From: Henriciella sp.
Lineage (GTDB): Bacteria > Pseudomonadota > Alphaproteobacteria > Caulobacterales > Hyphomonadaceae
Direction of reading: 5' to 3'
Length of the DNA stretch: 64,000 nt
NCBI GenBank assembly: GCA_013213825.1
Contig: JABSQA010000001.1
Location: 33,017 to 97,016, forward strand
Below the pieces are notes generated by a model. That model had not been told where the DNA came from, did no database searches, and saw only the letters and a list, made by a program, of their open reading frames with translations. Made by a program: the position numbers and the translations under genes. This document shows positions 30,836-40,426 of this stretch, piece after piece (within the stretch, counting starts at the first letter, position 1; every line of letters begins with the position of its first letter).

Positions 30836-32263
30836 CTATGCTGCGGCGCCCATAACGGCTTTCACTTCGAGGAATTCCTCAAAGCCATGCTCGCCCCATT
30901 CGCGGCCATTGCCTGACTGTTTATAGCCACCAAATGGGGCTGAGAAATCAGGGCCTTGGCCATTGACTTGAATTTGACCCGCACGGATCCGATTGGCGAC
31001 TTGTGCCGCTTCTGCCGGCTCACCTTGGACATAACCGGCAAGGCCGTATTCGGTGTCATTGGCCATCTCGACTGCTTCGTCGACGCTGTCATATGGGATC
31101 ATGACCAAGACGGGGCCGAAAATCTCTTCCCGCGCAATCGTCATGTCGTTGGTCACGTCCGCAAACACGGTTGGACGCGCAAAATAGCCGCGATTAAGTC
31201 CTTCCGGACGGCCTGTGCCCCCGGCGACCAAAGTTGCGCCCTCATCAATGCCTTTTTGGATCAGGTCTTGAACCTTGGCATATTGGTTGCCGTTAGAGAT
31301 CGGACCAATGGCGCCCTTGTCGGCTTCGCGTGGCATTTGCACTTTCACCGCTTCAGCCGCAGCTTTGGCGATGGCTTTAGCCTCTTCATTGCTTTCGCGC
31401 GGCACGAACATCCGGCTTGGTGCGTTACAGGATTGACCAGAATTGGTCATCATTTGCATGACGCCGCCGCCAACCGCTTTTTGCAGATCTGCGGAAGGCA
31501 GGACAATATTCGGTGACTTACCGCCAAGCTCTTGAGCCACCCGCTTCACCGTTGGTGCTGCGGCTTGCGCGACAAGGATCCCCGCGCGGGTCGAGCCTGT
31601 GAAACTCATCATGTCGACATCGGGGTGGCCAGAAAGGTGCGCACCCACGCTGGGGCCGTCGCCATTGACCAAGTTGAACACGCCTGCAGGGACACCGGCT
31701 TCGTGCATGACCTCGGTGAAGATCATTGCGTTTAGAGGCGAAATCTCAGATGGCTTGAGCACCATTGTGCAGCCCGCCGCGATGGCTGGCGCGACTTTAC
31801 AGGTGATCTGGTTCAGTGGCCAATTCCACGGTGTGATGAAACCACATACGCCAATCGGCTCTTTGCGGAGCAGGGTGGTGCCGCGCTGCTCTTCGAACTC
31901 GTAATTGCGCAGAATTTGGCTCATCGTTGCGACATGGCCCATGCCAGCTGGCACTTGCGCCGCATTGGCCAGCCACATGGGTGCACCCATCTCGTCGGAG
32001 ATCGCCTCCGCCATGTCGCCCATGCGGGCTTGGATGCCTGCGGTGATTTTGTCGAGCAGATCCGCGCGATATTCAACACTTGTTTGAGAGAAGGCTGGGA
32101 ATGCAGCTTTGGCGGCCGCAACCGCTTTGTCGACATCCGCGGATGAGCCGAGCGAGATGGTCGCGAAGGGTTCTTCGGTTGCCGGATTTTCAACATCAAG
32201 CGTACGCGGCTCAACGGGATCCACCCATTCACCATTAATGTAGAATTGAAGATACTCTTTCAT
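30836..32263 (-). CDS. Aldehyde dehydrogenase
   Basis: ITPWNWP, KPSE, FTGST, ELGGKSP, SGQSCNAP, EEIFGPVL; start moved to ATG 32263. Confidence 0.93.
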   Translation of the reverse strand: MKEYLQFYINGEWVDPVEPRTLDVENPATEEPFATISLGSSADVDKAVAAAKAAFPAFSQTSVEYRADLLDKITAGIQARMGDMAEAISDEMGAPMWLANAAQVPAGMGHVATMSQILRNYEFEEQRGTTLLRKEPIGVCGFITPWNWPLNQITCKVAPAIAAGCTMVLKPSEISPLNAMIFTEVMHEAGVPAGVFNLVNGDGPSVGAHLSGHPDVDMMSFTGSTRAGILVAQAAAPTVKRVAQELGGKSPNIVLPSADLQKAVGGGVMQMMTNSGQSCNAPSRMFVPRESNEEAKAIAKAAAEAVKVQMPREADKGAIGPISNGNQYAKVQDLIQKGIDEGATLVAGGTGRPEGLNRGYFARPTVFADVTNDMTIAREEIFGPVLVMIPYDSVDEAVEMANDTEYGLAGYVQGEPAEAAQVANRIRAGQIQVNGQGPDFSAPFGGYKQSGNGREWGEHGFEEFLEVKAVMGAAA

Positions 32264-32436
32264 GGCTTGCGCCTCCCGTAATCTGTTCATCTGCAGCTCG
32301 TGTTCAGCGACACACGAGCGTCTATGTTTATCTAAGCACAGCACTGTCTCTAGGGAAGCCTACACGCCGCGGAAACACCCGCGGCTTTCACGCGCTTGTG
32401 TTCCCCGGAGACACGAAATTGCGATATTAGAACGAG

Positions 32437-33315
32437 ATGGAACGCATCCCGACAGACCATCTCGTCCGCGCTTGGCGTCAGGATTTCGGGATCAATGTGG
32501 CGCATTTATTCGCTGGCACAGAACACGTTGAAATGCGCGAAAACGCGGAAACGGGGCATGTCTCCTTCCTCCCGCCAATATTGGGAGATGCCGCGTTCTA
32601 CCAGGCTTTGAGGCGATTTAAATGGTATCATCCGAAGCAGAAGCGTGAGCATGAATATGCGGCTGAGCTGGCGAAAAGCGGCGATCTTGTCCTTGATGTT
32701 GGAGCCGGGAATGGCGACTTCGCGAGGTATTTGAGCGGCGTCGAGTACCTCGGCTTAGAGAGCGATGGTGCTGCCGTCGCTGGGGCGCGCGCGCGTGGGC
32801 AAGATCTACGCGATTTGACGATGGACGCGTGGCAGGCGAGCGCCGAGTTTCGACCCGCCAATGTCGTCACTGCGTTTCAAGTGCTTGAACATGTTTCGGA
32901 TCCCGAGGCGTTTTTGGCTGAGATGTGCGCCTGCTTGCATGAGGCGGGCGAAATGGTGATTGGGGTACCGGATGCTGAAAGCTACATCCGGTCCCTTCCT
33001 GATTTCATGCTCAATGCACCGCCCCATCATATCACATGGTGGACTGAAGCCGCGCTGACAAAGCTGATGGCGAAGGTCGGGCTTGAGGTCGTTGAAACCA
33101 AACGCTTCGCGGTTGAACCATGGGAATACCAATTGTGGTGGATGGCCAAGTTTGCCGGAGACGTAACCCAATCGAACCGATCCTTCTTCGGGCCGCACCT
33201 ACGTTTGAGAAAGATCTGGTCCTTCTGCCTATCCTGGCCATTGCAATGGCTCGCCCCGCCAAAATCGGCCCTTGGGTCGACCCTGGTTGTGCGGGCTCGA
33301 CAGGCGGGGCGGTAG
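32437..33315 (+). CDS. Class I SAM-dependent methyltransferase
   Basis: VLDVGAGNG, FQVLEHVSDP, IGVPD, PPHHITWW. Confidence 0.85.
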   Translation: MERIPTDHLVRAWRQDFGINVAHLFAGTEHVEMRENAETGHVSFLPPILGDAAFYQALRRFKWYHPKQKREHEYAAELAKSGDLVLDVGAGNGDFARYLSGVEYLGLESDGAAVAGARARGQDLRDLTMDAWQASAEFRPANVVTAFQVLEHVSDPEAFLAEMCACLHEAGEMVIGVPDAESYIRSLPDFMLNAPPHHITWWTEAALTKLMAKVGLEVVETKRFAVEPWEYQLWWMAKFAGDVTQSNRSFFGPHLRLRKIWSFCLSWPLQWLAPPKSALGSTLVVRARQAGR

Positions 33316-33356
33316 AGGCTTGAGATCCTCACCCCCCACGCGTGTCGCTATTCAAT

Positions 33357-35963
33357 CTATGCGTCGCGCTTTCGCCGGCGCGTGATGATCCAAATGATGC
33401 CTAAACCAACCAGAGCGATCAGCAGCCAGAGCCACCAGGCGAAGCCGGACTGATCATCGTCTTGGCCATCAATTGGCCAGCGGATTTCAAGTGGCTTGGA
33501 GACGTTGCCATTCGCATCGATGGTGAACACAGAGAAAAAGCGCTCCATGCTCGTCTCTTCGATATCTTTGTAATGGAATGACCGATCGCTGCCGCGATAA
33601 AGTTCAACGCCATCGGAGAGGATTTCTGGCGCGCGCACCGCACCCTCAACCAGGACATATTGTGGGCCAGAGCCTTGCCATCCGATCCACAAACCATCGA
33701 AATCGAGGTCAATTGTTGGATCAGTTGGCGTTGATAAATCAACCGGGGTTACATCGACATCTATACTCAACAGGGTGGCTTCATCCCCATCCCAGGAGTC
33801 CACGAGAGCTTCCGCATATTGTAGAGGTGTGATGCGAATGGGTTGTGCCGAATATCCCGCCAGTAATGGTTGAATTTCAAGGAATTTCGCATTGTCCGGT
33901 ACCTCGATTGTCAGGCGATTATCGTTGACAAAACCGGTTCCGAGATCTGTTCGTGTGCCATCTGGATATTGTAGCACCATCTGAACCTGTCGCAGCCCGT
34001 CTATGTCTGCCGGCAAGGTGAATTCGATATCAGAATTTTCCAGCGTCGGAATATTGTGACGCACCGTGTTTGAGCCGCGCTTGTGATAAAAGTCTGCGAC
34101 GCCAATTTGCTCGCCCGTATCCCATTTGCCATTGCCATTGACGTCTGAAAAGAAGCGATGCGCGACGAATAGGGTGTCGACATCATCCAGTGGCGAGCCT
34201 GGCACGGTGCGTTGACCGCGCAACGGCCCCCGCACTTCTCGGTAAATGGACGGCACGTCTTTGATTTGGACGCGATTGATCACCGCCCACATTTGCGCAT
34301 CGGTCAGGTCAATATAGTCTCCAGGATCGCGATTGCTGTCGAGCAGGTCCCAGAGCAGAGCAGCGACTTGAAACTCTTCTCTCATCACCGACTCGCCCTG
34401 TTCTTTGCCCTGAGCGTCGGTCATAATGGTTCCGCTGGCGTCGCGCTTAGGACGCCACATGTTCTGGAAATTATTCTCCAAATCCGTGGCTGCGCCCCAA
34501 TTATAGACGGGGTCATTCTCGACCCAAATTGAGAAGAATTCAGCAAATCCTTCCAAAACGGAATCGACCGAACGGCCATTACTGATCCCGCCATGATTAT
34601 GTTCGCCATCGATCCGACTGGTATAAGTATTTTCTCCACCCATGGCCGAGTCGGCCATCACATGATGACCAAATTCATGATACTCGCGATTATCTGGTGA
34701 GCTCGGGTTGCTGCGCTCACTCTGCCCTTTTGTGCCGCTAATTTCGATTTTTGACTCATTTCTGAAGTAAGTCGCCCCCGTCGATTCCGTGCTCCACAAG
34801 GTCGCATCAACGGGTAGGTTATGATCAAATCGCAAACCCAACTTATCGCGTGCAAACTTCATCGCTGTGTACGTATTGAAGTAGTATGTGCCACCATGCT
34901 CCACGGATTTTTTCTGCACGGCGTTTAACGAACCGGACAGACTGAGACTTCTTTGTTTCAGGAACAGACCCTTAAACACGCGCGGCTTATCAATGTCGAA
35001 CCGCCTCGAGGGTACTCGCACCAATGCCCCGCCAAACCCGGCATTACTGCGGACGGTAAACTCGCCGCCTTTTGAGGCTAAGGTCGCTTCGAGTGTGTAG
35101 CTTGCCGGAGCTTTGTCATAATTGACCTTAAACATTCCCATATCGTCTGTATGGGTCTGGACGATGTGGCCATCGGAAAAGACCACACTGACTTTCACAT
35201 CCCGCAGGTCCTCACCCTTATTCTTCTTATTCAGTGCCAAAACGAAGCCGGCCACTTCGACTGCGTCAAAATCCAGCTCGAGTTTGACTTTCGTCGTCTC
35301 GCCCGCTTCGACCGTCGCGCTCGCTTTGCGGGTTGCCTCCGACCAGCGTTCGTCCTCAAAGGCGACAACATACGTACCAGGCTCAATTCCAACAAAACTT
35401 GCTTTGCCCTTGCTGGTTTTGGAGAGCATTGTTTTGCCGACAGTCTGACCGGTTTCAGGATTGGTCACGCTGACATGTCTGAACCGTACGGACCTGCCCG
35501 TGCGTTTGTTGATAACTGTGACTTCAATCTCTCCAAGCTCGTCAGGCACCTCTTCAGGTTCCACGCCATCGCCACGTCTGAACTGAGAGCCAAAGGAAGA
35601 GTCGATCGCATTGACATCATTGACGGTCATCGTGATCGGGATCGTATAAATTGATGTGAACGGACCGCTTGAAACATAATGGACGCCCTGGATTGTGTTG
35701 CCAGAGAGCGTGCCTTCGAACGTCCGGTGACCTGCAGGTACACAATCGTCGCCGAGCGTCTTGGTGGCGACGATTTTTGGGCCAATGGCTTCAAAAATCA
35801 TGCGCTGTGGCGGCGTAGGCGTTTCACAAAAGTAATTCAAACCAACCCATTCGCCTTCTAAGTCCTTGGCTGTAATGGGTGTTTCATCCGTTTGCGCCCC
35901 TGCGAAGAGTGTGCCGGACAGGCAAAAGAATAGACAAAGTATGGTGAATCCAACGCGGATCAT
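33357..35963 (-). CDS. Secreted, C-terminally membrane-anchored multidomain putative zinc metalloprotease
   Basis: Signal peptide; two prealbumin/CarboxypepD_reg-like domains; YHEFGH...EGFAEF; DVNGNGKWDTGE; FN3-like domain; TM helix plus RRRKR tail. Confidence 0.75.
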   Translation of the reverse strand: MIRVGFTILCLFFCLSGTLFAGAQTDETPITAKDLEGEWVGLNYFCETPTPPQRMIFEAIGPKIVATKTLGDDCVPAGHRTFEGTLSGNTIQGVHYVSSGPFTSIYTIPITMTVNDVNAIDSSFGSQFRRGDGVEPEEVPDELGEIEVTVINKRTGRSVRFRHVSVTNPETGQTVGKTMLSKTSKGKASFVGIEPGTYVVAFEDERWSEATRKASATVEAGETTKVKLELDFDAVEVAGFVLALNKKNKGEDLRDVKVSVVFSDGHIVQTHTDDMGMFKVNYDKAPASYTLEATLASKGGEFTVRSNAGFGGALVRVPSRRFDIDKPRVFKGLFLKQRSLSLSGSLNAVQKKSVEHGGTYYFNTYTAMKFARDKLGLRFDHNLPVDATLWSTESTGATYFRNESKIEISGTKGQSERSNPSSPDNREYHEFGHHVMADSAMGGENTYTSRIDGEHNHGGISNGRSVDSVLEGFAEFFSIWVENDPVYNWGAATDLENNFQNMWRPKRDASGTIMTDAQGKEQGESVMREEFQVAALLWDLLDSNRDPGDYIDLTDAQMWAVINRVQIKDVPSIYREVRGPLRGQRTVPGSPLDDVDTLFVAHRFFSDVNGNGKWDTGEQIGVADFYHKRGSNTVRHNIPTLENSDIEFTLPADIDGLRQVQMVLQYPDGTRTDLGTGFVNDNRLTIEVPDNAKFLEIQPLLAGYSAQPIRITPLQYAEALVDSWDGDEATLLSIDVDVTPVDLSTPTDPTIDLDFDGLWIGWQGSGPQYVLVEGAVRAPEILSDGVELYRGSDRSFHYKDIEETSMERFFSVFTIDANGNVSKPLEIRWPIDGQDDDQSGFAWWLWLLIALVGLGIIWIITRRRKRDA

Positions 35964-36080
35964 GACGTCCCCCCAAACGATTGTTTTCTTTTCGTCCTAG
36001 CAGGAGATTTCTCGCTGACAAGTCAGCGTGCAGGAAAACCCGCGAGAGAAGTTTATTTATATCAGCGTGTTAAAGCGCGT

Positions 36081-37616
36081 TTAGCGCCGTCTTCCGCCGA
36101 GAATGCCGCGTAAGACATAATCTGTGACCCGGCGCGAAATCGTCCGCGTGGCGGTGTTGATTGCACGCTCTGTCGGGGTCATACGCGTCGAGCGTCTGCG
36201 GGTGGAGCGCGTCTTCTTTTCCCGCTCTTTCTTCTTCTCGAGCTCGCGCTGGGCGCGCTCTTCTTCTTTGGCGAGTTTTTCAGCTGCTTCGGCAGCTTCT
36301 TCTTCGCGCTTTAAAAGGATCTCATAGGCCGACTCACGGTCGATCGCCTCATCATAGATCCCGAGAACCGGACTGTTTTCCATCTCGGCTTTGCGTTCGG
36401 CCTCAGTGGCCGGGCCGAGCCGCGAACTTGGGGGACGAATGAGCGTCCGCTGAACCACACCGGGCGCCCCTTTTTCGTCCAAAGTCGATACCAATGCTTC
36501 GCCCACGCCCAGATCGGTGATGACCTCTTTCGCATCAAAAGCCGGGTTTTCACGGAACGATTCCGCGGCGGCTTTCACGCCTTTGCGTTCGGCCGGCGTG
36601 TAGGCGCGCAAGGCATGCTGAATGCGATTGCCGAGTTGGGCGAGGACACTGTCCGGCAAGTCTCGCGGGTTCTGCGTCACAAAGAAGACGCCAATGCCTT
36701 TTGACCGGATCAAGCGAACCACTTGTTCGATCTTTTCCAGCAAGGCCCGCGGCGCGTCATTGAAGAGCAAATGCGCCTCGTCGAAGAAAAAGACCATTTT
36801 TGGTTTCTCAGGGTCACCGACTTCCGGAAGCTCTTCAAACAGTTGCGAAAGCAGCCACAGCAAAAACGTCGAATACAATCGCGGACTGTTAATCAGCGTG
36901 GTGGAGTCGAGCACATTGACGATGCCGCGACCATCGCGCGTTGTACGCATAAAGTCTTTGAGATTGAGCGCAGGCTCGCCGAAGAATTGCTCAGCGCCTT
37001 CACGTTCTAGGACCAATAGACGTCTTTGAATGGCGCCGAGAGAGGCCGTCGCGACATTGCCATATTCGCGGCTAATGGCGTTGCGCACCTCTTTGTCGCC
37101 CATATGATTGAGCAGCTTGCGCAAATCCTTCATGTCGAGCAGCAGCATGCCTTCATCATCGGCATATTCAAACGCAACAGTGAGGACGCCTTCTTGGGTC
37201 TCCGACAAATCCATCAAGCGCGATAAGAGCAAAGGTCCCATATCGGAAATCGTCGTACGGACAGGGTGACCTTTCTCGCCAAACACATCCCAGAACACAG
37301 TTGGCGTCGCGCCATAATCATAGTCTTCGAAGCCGATCTTCTCAGCGCGTGAGATCAGCTTCGGATGCAGCTTGTGATCCGGGCTTCCAGAAACGCAAAT
37401 CCCAGACAGATCGCCCTTCACGTCGGCGCAAAACACCGGAACGCCTTCACTCGCAAAGCCTTCCGCGAGAATTTGTAATGTGACCGTTTTGCCCGTTCCA
37501 GTCGCCCCAGCGACGATGCCGTGCCGGTTGGCCCGATTAAGCAGCAGAGTCTGGGCATCATTGGGCGTGCCCTCACCATCCATATCCGCCCCACCGATAA
37601 AGATCCTGTCGCCCAT
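36081..37616 (-). CDS. DUF853/YjgR HerA-like ATPase
   Basis: ANRHGIVAGATGTGKT, TTISDMGPLLL, FFFDEAHLLF, IRSKGIG, LGNRIQHALRAYTP. Confidence 0.92.
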   Translation of the reverse strand: MGDRIFIGGADMDGEGTPNDAQTLLLNRANRHGIVAGATGTGKTVTLQILAEGFASEGVPVFCADVKGDLSGICVSGSPDHKLHPKLISRAEKIGFEDYDYGATPTVFWDVFGEKGHPVRTTISDMGPLLLSRLMDLSETQEGVLTVAFEYADDEGMLLLDMKDLRKLLNHMGDKEVRNAISREYGNVATASLGAIQRRLLVLEREGAEQFFGEPALNLKDFMRTTRDGRGIVNVLDSTTLINSPRLYSTFLLWLLSQLFEELPEVGDPEKPKMVFFFDEAHLLFNDAPRALLEKIEQVVRLIRSKGIGVFFVTQNPRDLPDSVLAQLGNRIQHALRAYTPAERKGVKAAAESFRENPAFDAKEVITDLGVGEALVSTLDEKGAPGVVQRTLIRPPSSRLGPATEAERKAEMENSPVLGIYDEAIDRESAYEILLKREEEAAEAAEKLAKEEERAQRELEKKKEREKKTRSTRRRSTRMTPTERAINTATRTISRRVTDYVLRGILGGRRR

Positions 37617-37717
37617 TTGTCATTGCTCCCTTTGTGCTGGGGCAAATTACTGCGTTTGCAGGGGGTAGCAAGGGCGGGCAGACAGATCCGTTCGCCCGTA
37701 TTGAACCTGCGAATGGC

Positions 37718-39568
37718 CTAGGCGACGGCTTCCAATTCTGGTGTTGCCGAAACCAATTCTGGTTTGCCGAGCCAATATCCCTGGATCTCAGTCGCGCCGA
37801 GTTCGGCGACCCGCCTGGCGAGGCTTTCTTGTTCAATGCCTTCCACGCAGGATTCAAGCCCCAATTTGCGTGCCATTTGAAGGGCGATGTCGAGGATCGA
37901 TTCCATGCGTTCATTGCAATCGGCTTCGACCACCAAGCTGCGATCAATCTTGAGCTTGTCCAAAGGCAGTTTTTCCACAATCGATAAGGATGAATAGCCT
38001 TTGCCAAAATCGTCCAAAGCGACGGTCATGCCATGCCGGCGCGCTTCGTTGAGCACTCTGACATTTTGCTCGACATTTCGAAATGCGACTTCCTCGGTAA
38101 TCTCTAGAACCAGATTCTCGGCGGGGAAATTATGCGCCTTTAAGCCGCGTCTCAATCGCCAGATAAAGTCCGTGGCGACAATTTGGGCGGGTGAAATATT
38201 GATGGAAAGGAACTTACCACTCAGATCCGCCGTCGAGAGCGCTTCTTCGAGCGTGACGCGCAGCAATTGGTTGAGCAGGCCGAGTTTTTCCGCGATGGGG
38301 ATGAATTGATCTGGTCGTGGATCCGTTCTTAACCCGCTGTCGACCCAACGCGATAGCAGCTCATATCCCTTGATTTCATGGCTCTGTGCACATGCGATCG
38401 GTTGTAGGGCAGCCCGAATATTCCCTGACTCTAAGGCTTGCTTGAAGGCCACTTCGAGTGCGGCAGTGGCCATTGTCGCATCGTCTTCTTGGACGTCATA
38501 TCTCGCCCAACCCATTTTTGTAATTTTCGCCCGCCTCATCGAAATTTCCGCCGCTGGCAGAAGTAAAGAAGCGCAGTCGACATCACGTTTCGCCTGCACA
38601 TAGCCAATCGACGTGCCAAAGGACAGAACATGTTCATTGAAAACAACGTCTTCCGTGATCATGGAGTGAATGCGCTTAACAGCGCGGTCGGCTTTTTTTC
38701 CGTTGATTCCACTATTTAGCACGAGGGCGAATTCATCACCGCCAATCCTGGCGGCAAATTGGACATCTTCATCAGATGAGAGACGGTCTGCAATTTCGTA
38801 GAGCAGTGCGTCGCCCGCGGCATGTCCAAACTGATCATTGATCGGCTTAAACCGATCCAAATCCATGAAGGCTAAGGTGAATTCGTCTGTGTCATTCCAG
38901 GTCCGCTCAAGCACATCGGACAAGGCACGACGATTGATCAGTCCCGTCAGGTGATCGGTCATAGACAGCACCCGCTTTTCTTCGATCACCCGCATGAACT
39001 TCTTGTCGTTCTTGTCGCGGATGCGTGCGGTTACGGCGGACATGAACAAGACCACGCAAGACATAGCCGCAAAGAGGACGCCCAAAATGACAATGTTTTG
39101 GTCTGTGAACTGGTCAGAGAAATATTCGTGCGCATAACGGGTCGATACAAAATATACCAATCCGAACTGGGCAGGTATGAGCATGAAGATCATTCGGTTT
39201 TTCATCAGAGACACGATGATAAGCGGAATGAACAGCATGAGCGCCAATTGATGCTGCTTGTAGGCGCCCGCCAATACTTCCCAGGTACCGATGCCCCAGA
39301 CATTTGCATAGGTCGCCAATAGCGCGATCGATAGCACGCGCTTCACGGCGAAATTTAAGTAACAGCAAATGCCAACAATGGTGAGGGTAACAATCCCTAT
39401 CAGCCCGCAGACCCAGACATAGAAAGACTCTTCGCCAAGCGCGACAATGATCGCGATGCAGAACATTGTGATCGGGATGCCAGCAAAGCACGCCGTATAG
39501 CCGTACAAGCGATGTCGATCGCTGACGTCTTCTTCGGTTTCCTGCGCATGCCAACCAGCATCATTCAT
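37718..39568 (-). CDS. Membrane GGDEF-EAL c-di-GMP cyclase/phosphodiesterase
   Basis: TM region; DLDRFKPIND, RIGGDEF; ELLSRW, LEITE, DDFGKGYSSL, KIDRS, EGIE, QGY. Confidence 0.92.
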   Translation of the reverse strand: MNDAGWHAQETEEDVSDRHRLYGYTACFAGIPITMFCIAIIVALGEESFYVWVCGLIGIVTLTIVGICCYLNFAVKRVLSIALLATYANVWGIGTWEVLAGAYKQHQLALMLFIPLIIVSLMKNRMIFMLIPAQFGLVYFVSTRYAHEYFSDQFTDQNIVILGVLFAAMSCVVLFMSAVTARIRDKNDKKFMRVIEEKRVLSMTDHLTGLINRRALSDVLERTWNDTDEFTLAFMDLDRFKPINDQFGHAAGDALLYEIADRLSSDEDVQFAARIGGDEFALVLNSGINGKKADRAVKRIHSMITEDVVFNEHVLSFGTSIGYVQAKRDVDCASLLLPAAEISMRRAKITKMGWARYDVQEDDATMATAALEVAFKQALESGNIRAALQPIACAQSHEIKGYELLSRWVDSGLRTDPRPDQFIPIAEKLGLLNQLLRVTLEEALSTADLSGKFLSINISPAQIVATDFIWRLRRGLKAHNFPAENLVLEITEEVAFRNVEQNVRVLNEARRHGMTVALDDFGKGYSSLSIVEKLPLDKLKIDRSLVVEADCNERMESILDIALQMARKLGLESCVEGIEQESLARRVAELGATEIQGYWLGKPELVSATPELEAVA

Positions 39569-39752
39569 AGGATCGCGTATACACCAACTTGGTTGGAATA
39601 TATTTTGGCCGAACTAGTGATTTAAGCCACTCAACTTTAAGTAGTTTTAAGGAAGTGTGCGCCTCGATCACCATGCGGTAACGTTCTGTGAAACCCAAAA
39701 AAAGCCCCGGACCTCTGAGGCCCAGGGCATATCCTAGTCACCATTTTTAGTC

Positions 39753-40232
39753 TTAAGCGGCGTCCGCGCTGCCTTCGATCAGTTTCGGCTTGCCACCCTT
39801 GGTTGGGGCACCGATTTCGATCTTCCGAGGCTTCTTGGCCTCAGGCAATTCCCGCAGCAATTCGATGCGGAGCAGGCCGTTGCGCAGCTCTGCGCCGGTC
39901 ACGATGACGTGATCTGCGAGCTGGAAGCGGCGGAGGAATCCGCGTTCGGCAATGCCGCGATGCAGGAATTCCCGCTCAGGGGCATCATCTGAAGGGGGTG
40001 TTTTGCAGCCAGCAACGGTCAGCAGACCGTCTTTCGTCTCAATATCGAGATCGTCTTCGCCAAAGCCGGCAACAGCAATCTCGATGGCGAATTCATCATC
40101 AGCCACCCGCTCGATATTGTAAGGGGGATAGCCCTGGGCGCCATCCAGGCGCGCGGCGCTATCAATCATGTTGGCCATGCGGTCAAAGCCAACCATTGTT
40201 CTGTATAGGGGGGTTAGATCAATCGTACTCAT
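39753..40232 (-). CDS. ibpA: Small heat shock protein (IbpA/Hsp20)
   Basis: GFDR, YPPYNIER, IAVAGF, LHRGIAERGF, GLLRIEL. Confidence 0.93.
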   Translation of the reverse strand: MSTIDLTPLYRTMVGFDRMANMIDSAARLDGAQGYPPYNIERVADDEFAIEIAVAGFGEDDLDIETKDGLLTVAGCKTPPSDDAPEREFLHRGIAERGFLRRFQLADHVIVTGAELRNGLLRIELLRELPEAKKPRKIEIGAPTKGGKPKLIEGSADAA

Positions 40233-40236
40233 CGTA

Positions 40237-40257
40237 CAGTCCTTTCACTAGCAACTG
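40237..40257 (-). promoter_or_regulatory. ROSE-type RNA thermometer hairpin over the ibpA SD
   Basis: Minus strand CAGUUGCU-AGUGAA-AGGACUG: UUGCU pairs with AGGA, leaving a bulged G. Confidence 0.75.
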
Positions 40258-40426
40258 ATCTCTCCGGCGATCTGAATAAGCCGAAAAGTGAGTTTGCGGA
40301 GCTTCTGTACATCCAGCCCGACCATCGGCACTGGCAGAATTTCCGGTCCCAACCTGCTTGGCAGCGCTGCGACTTAGGCTATGTGGAAACGCAGAAGCAG
40401 TGATTCAACCCCTTATGAGGATCGAA

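Noticed and set aside
39620-39652. Three TTTAAG copies upstream of the GGDEF-EAL gene as a CtrA box
   Set aside because: Spacings are N11 and N6, not the canonical TTAA-N7-TTAA
40380-40410. Possible sigma32 promoter for ibpA (GTTGAA...CCACAT on the minus strand)
   Set aside because: Spacer is about 3 nt too long to call
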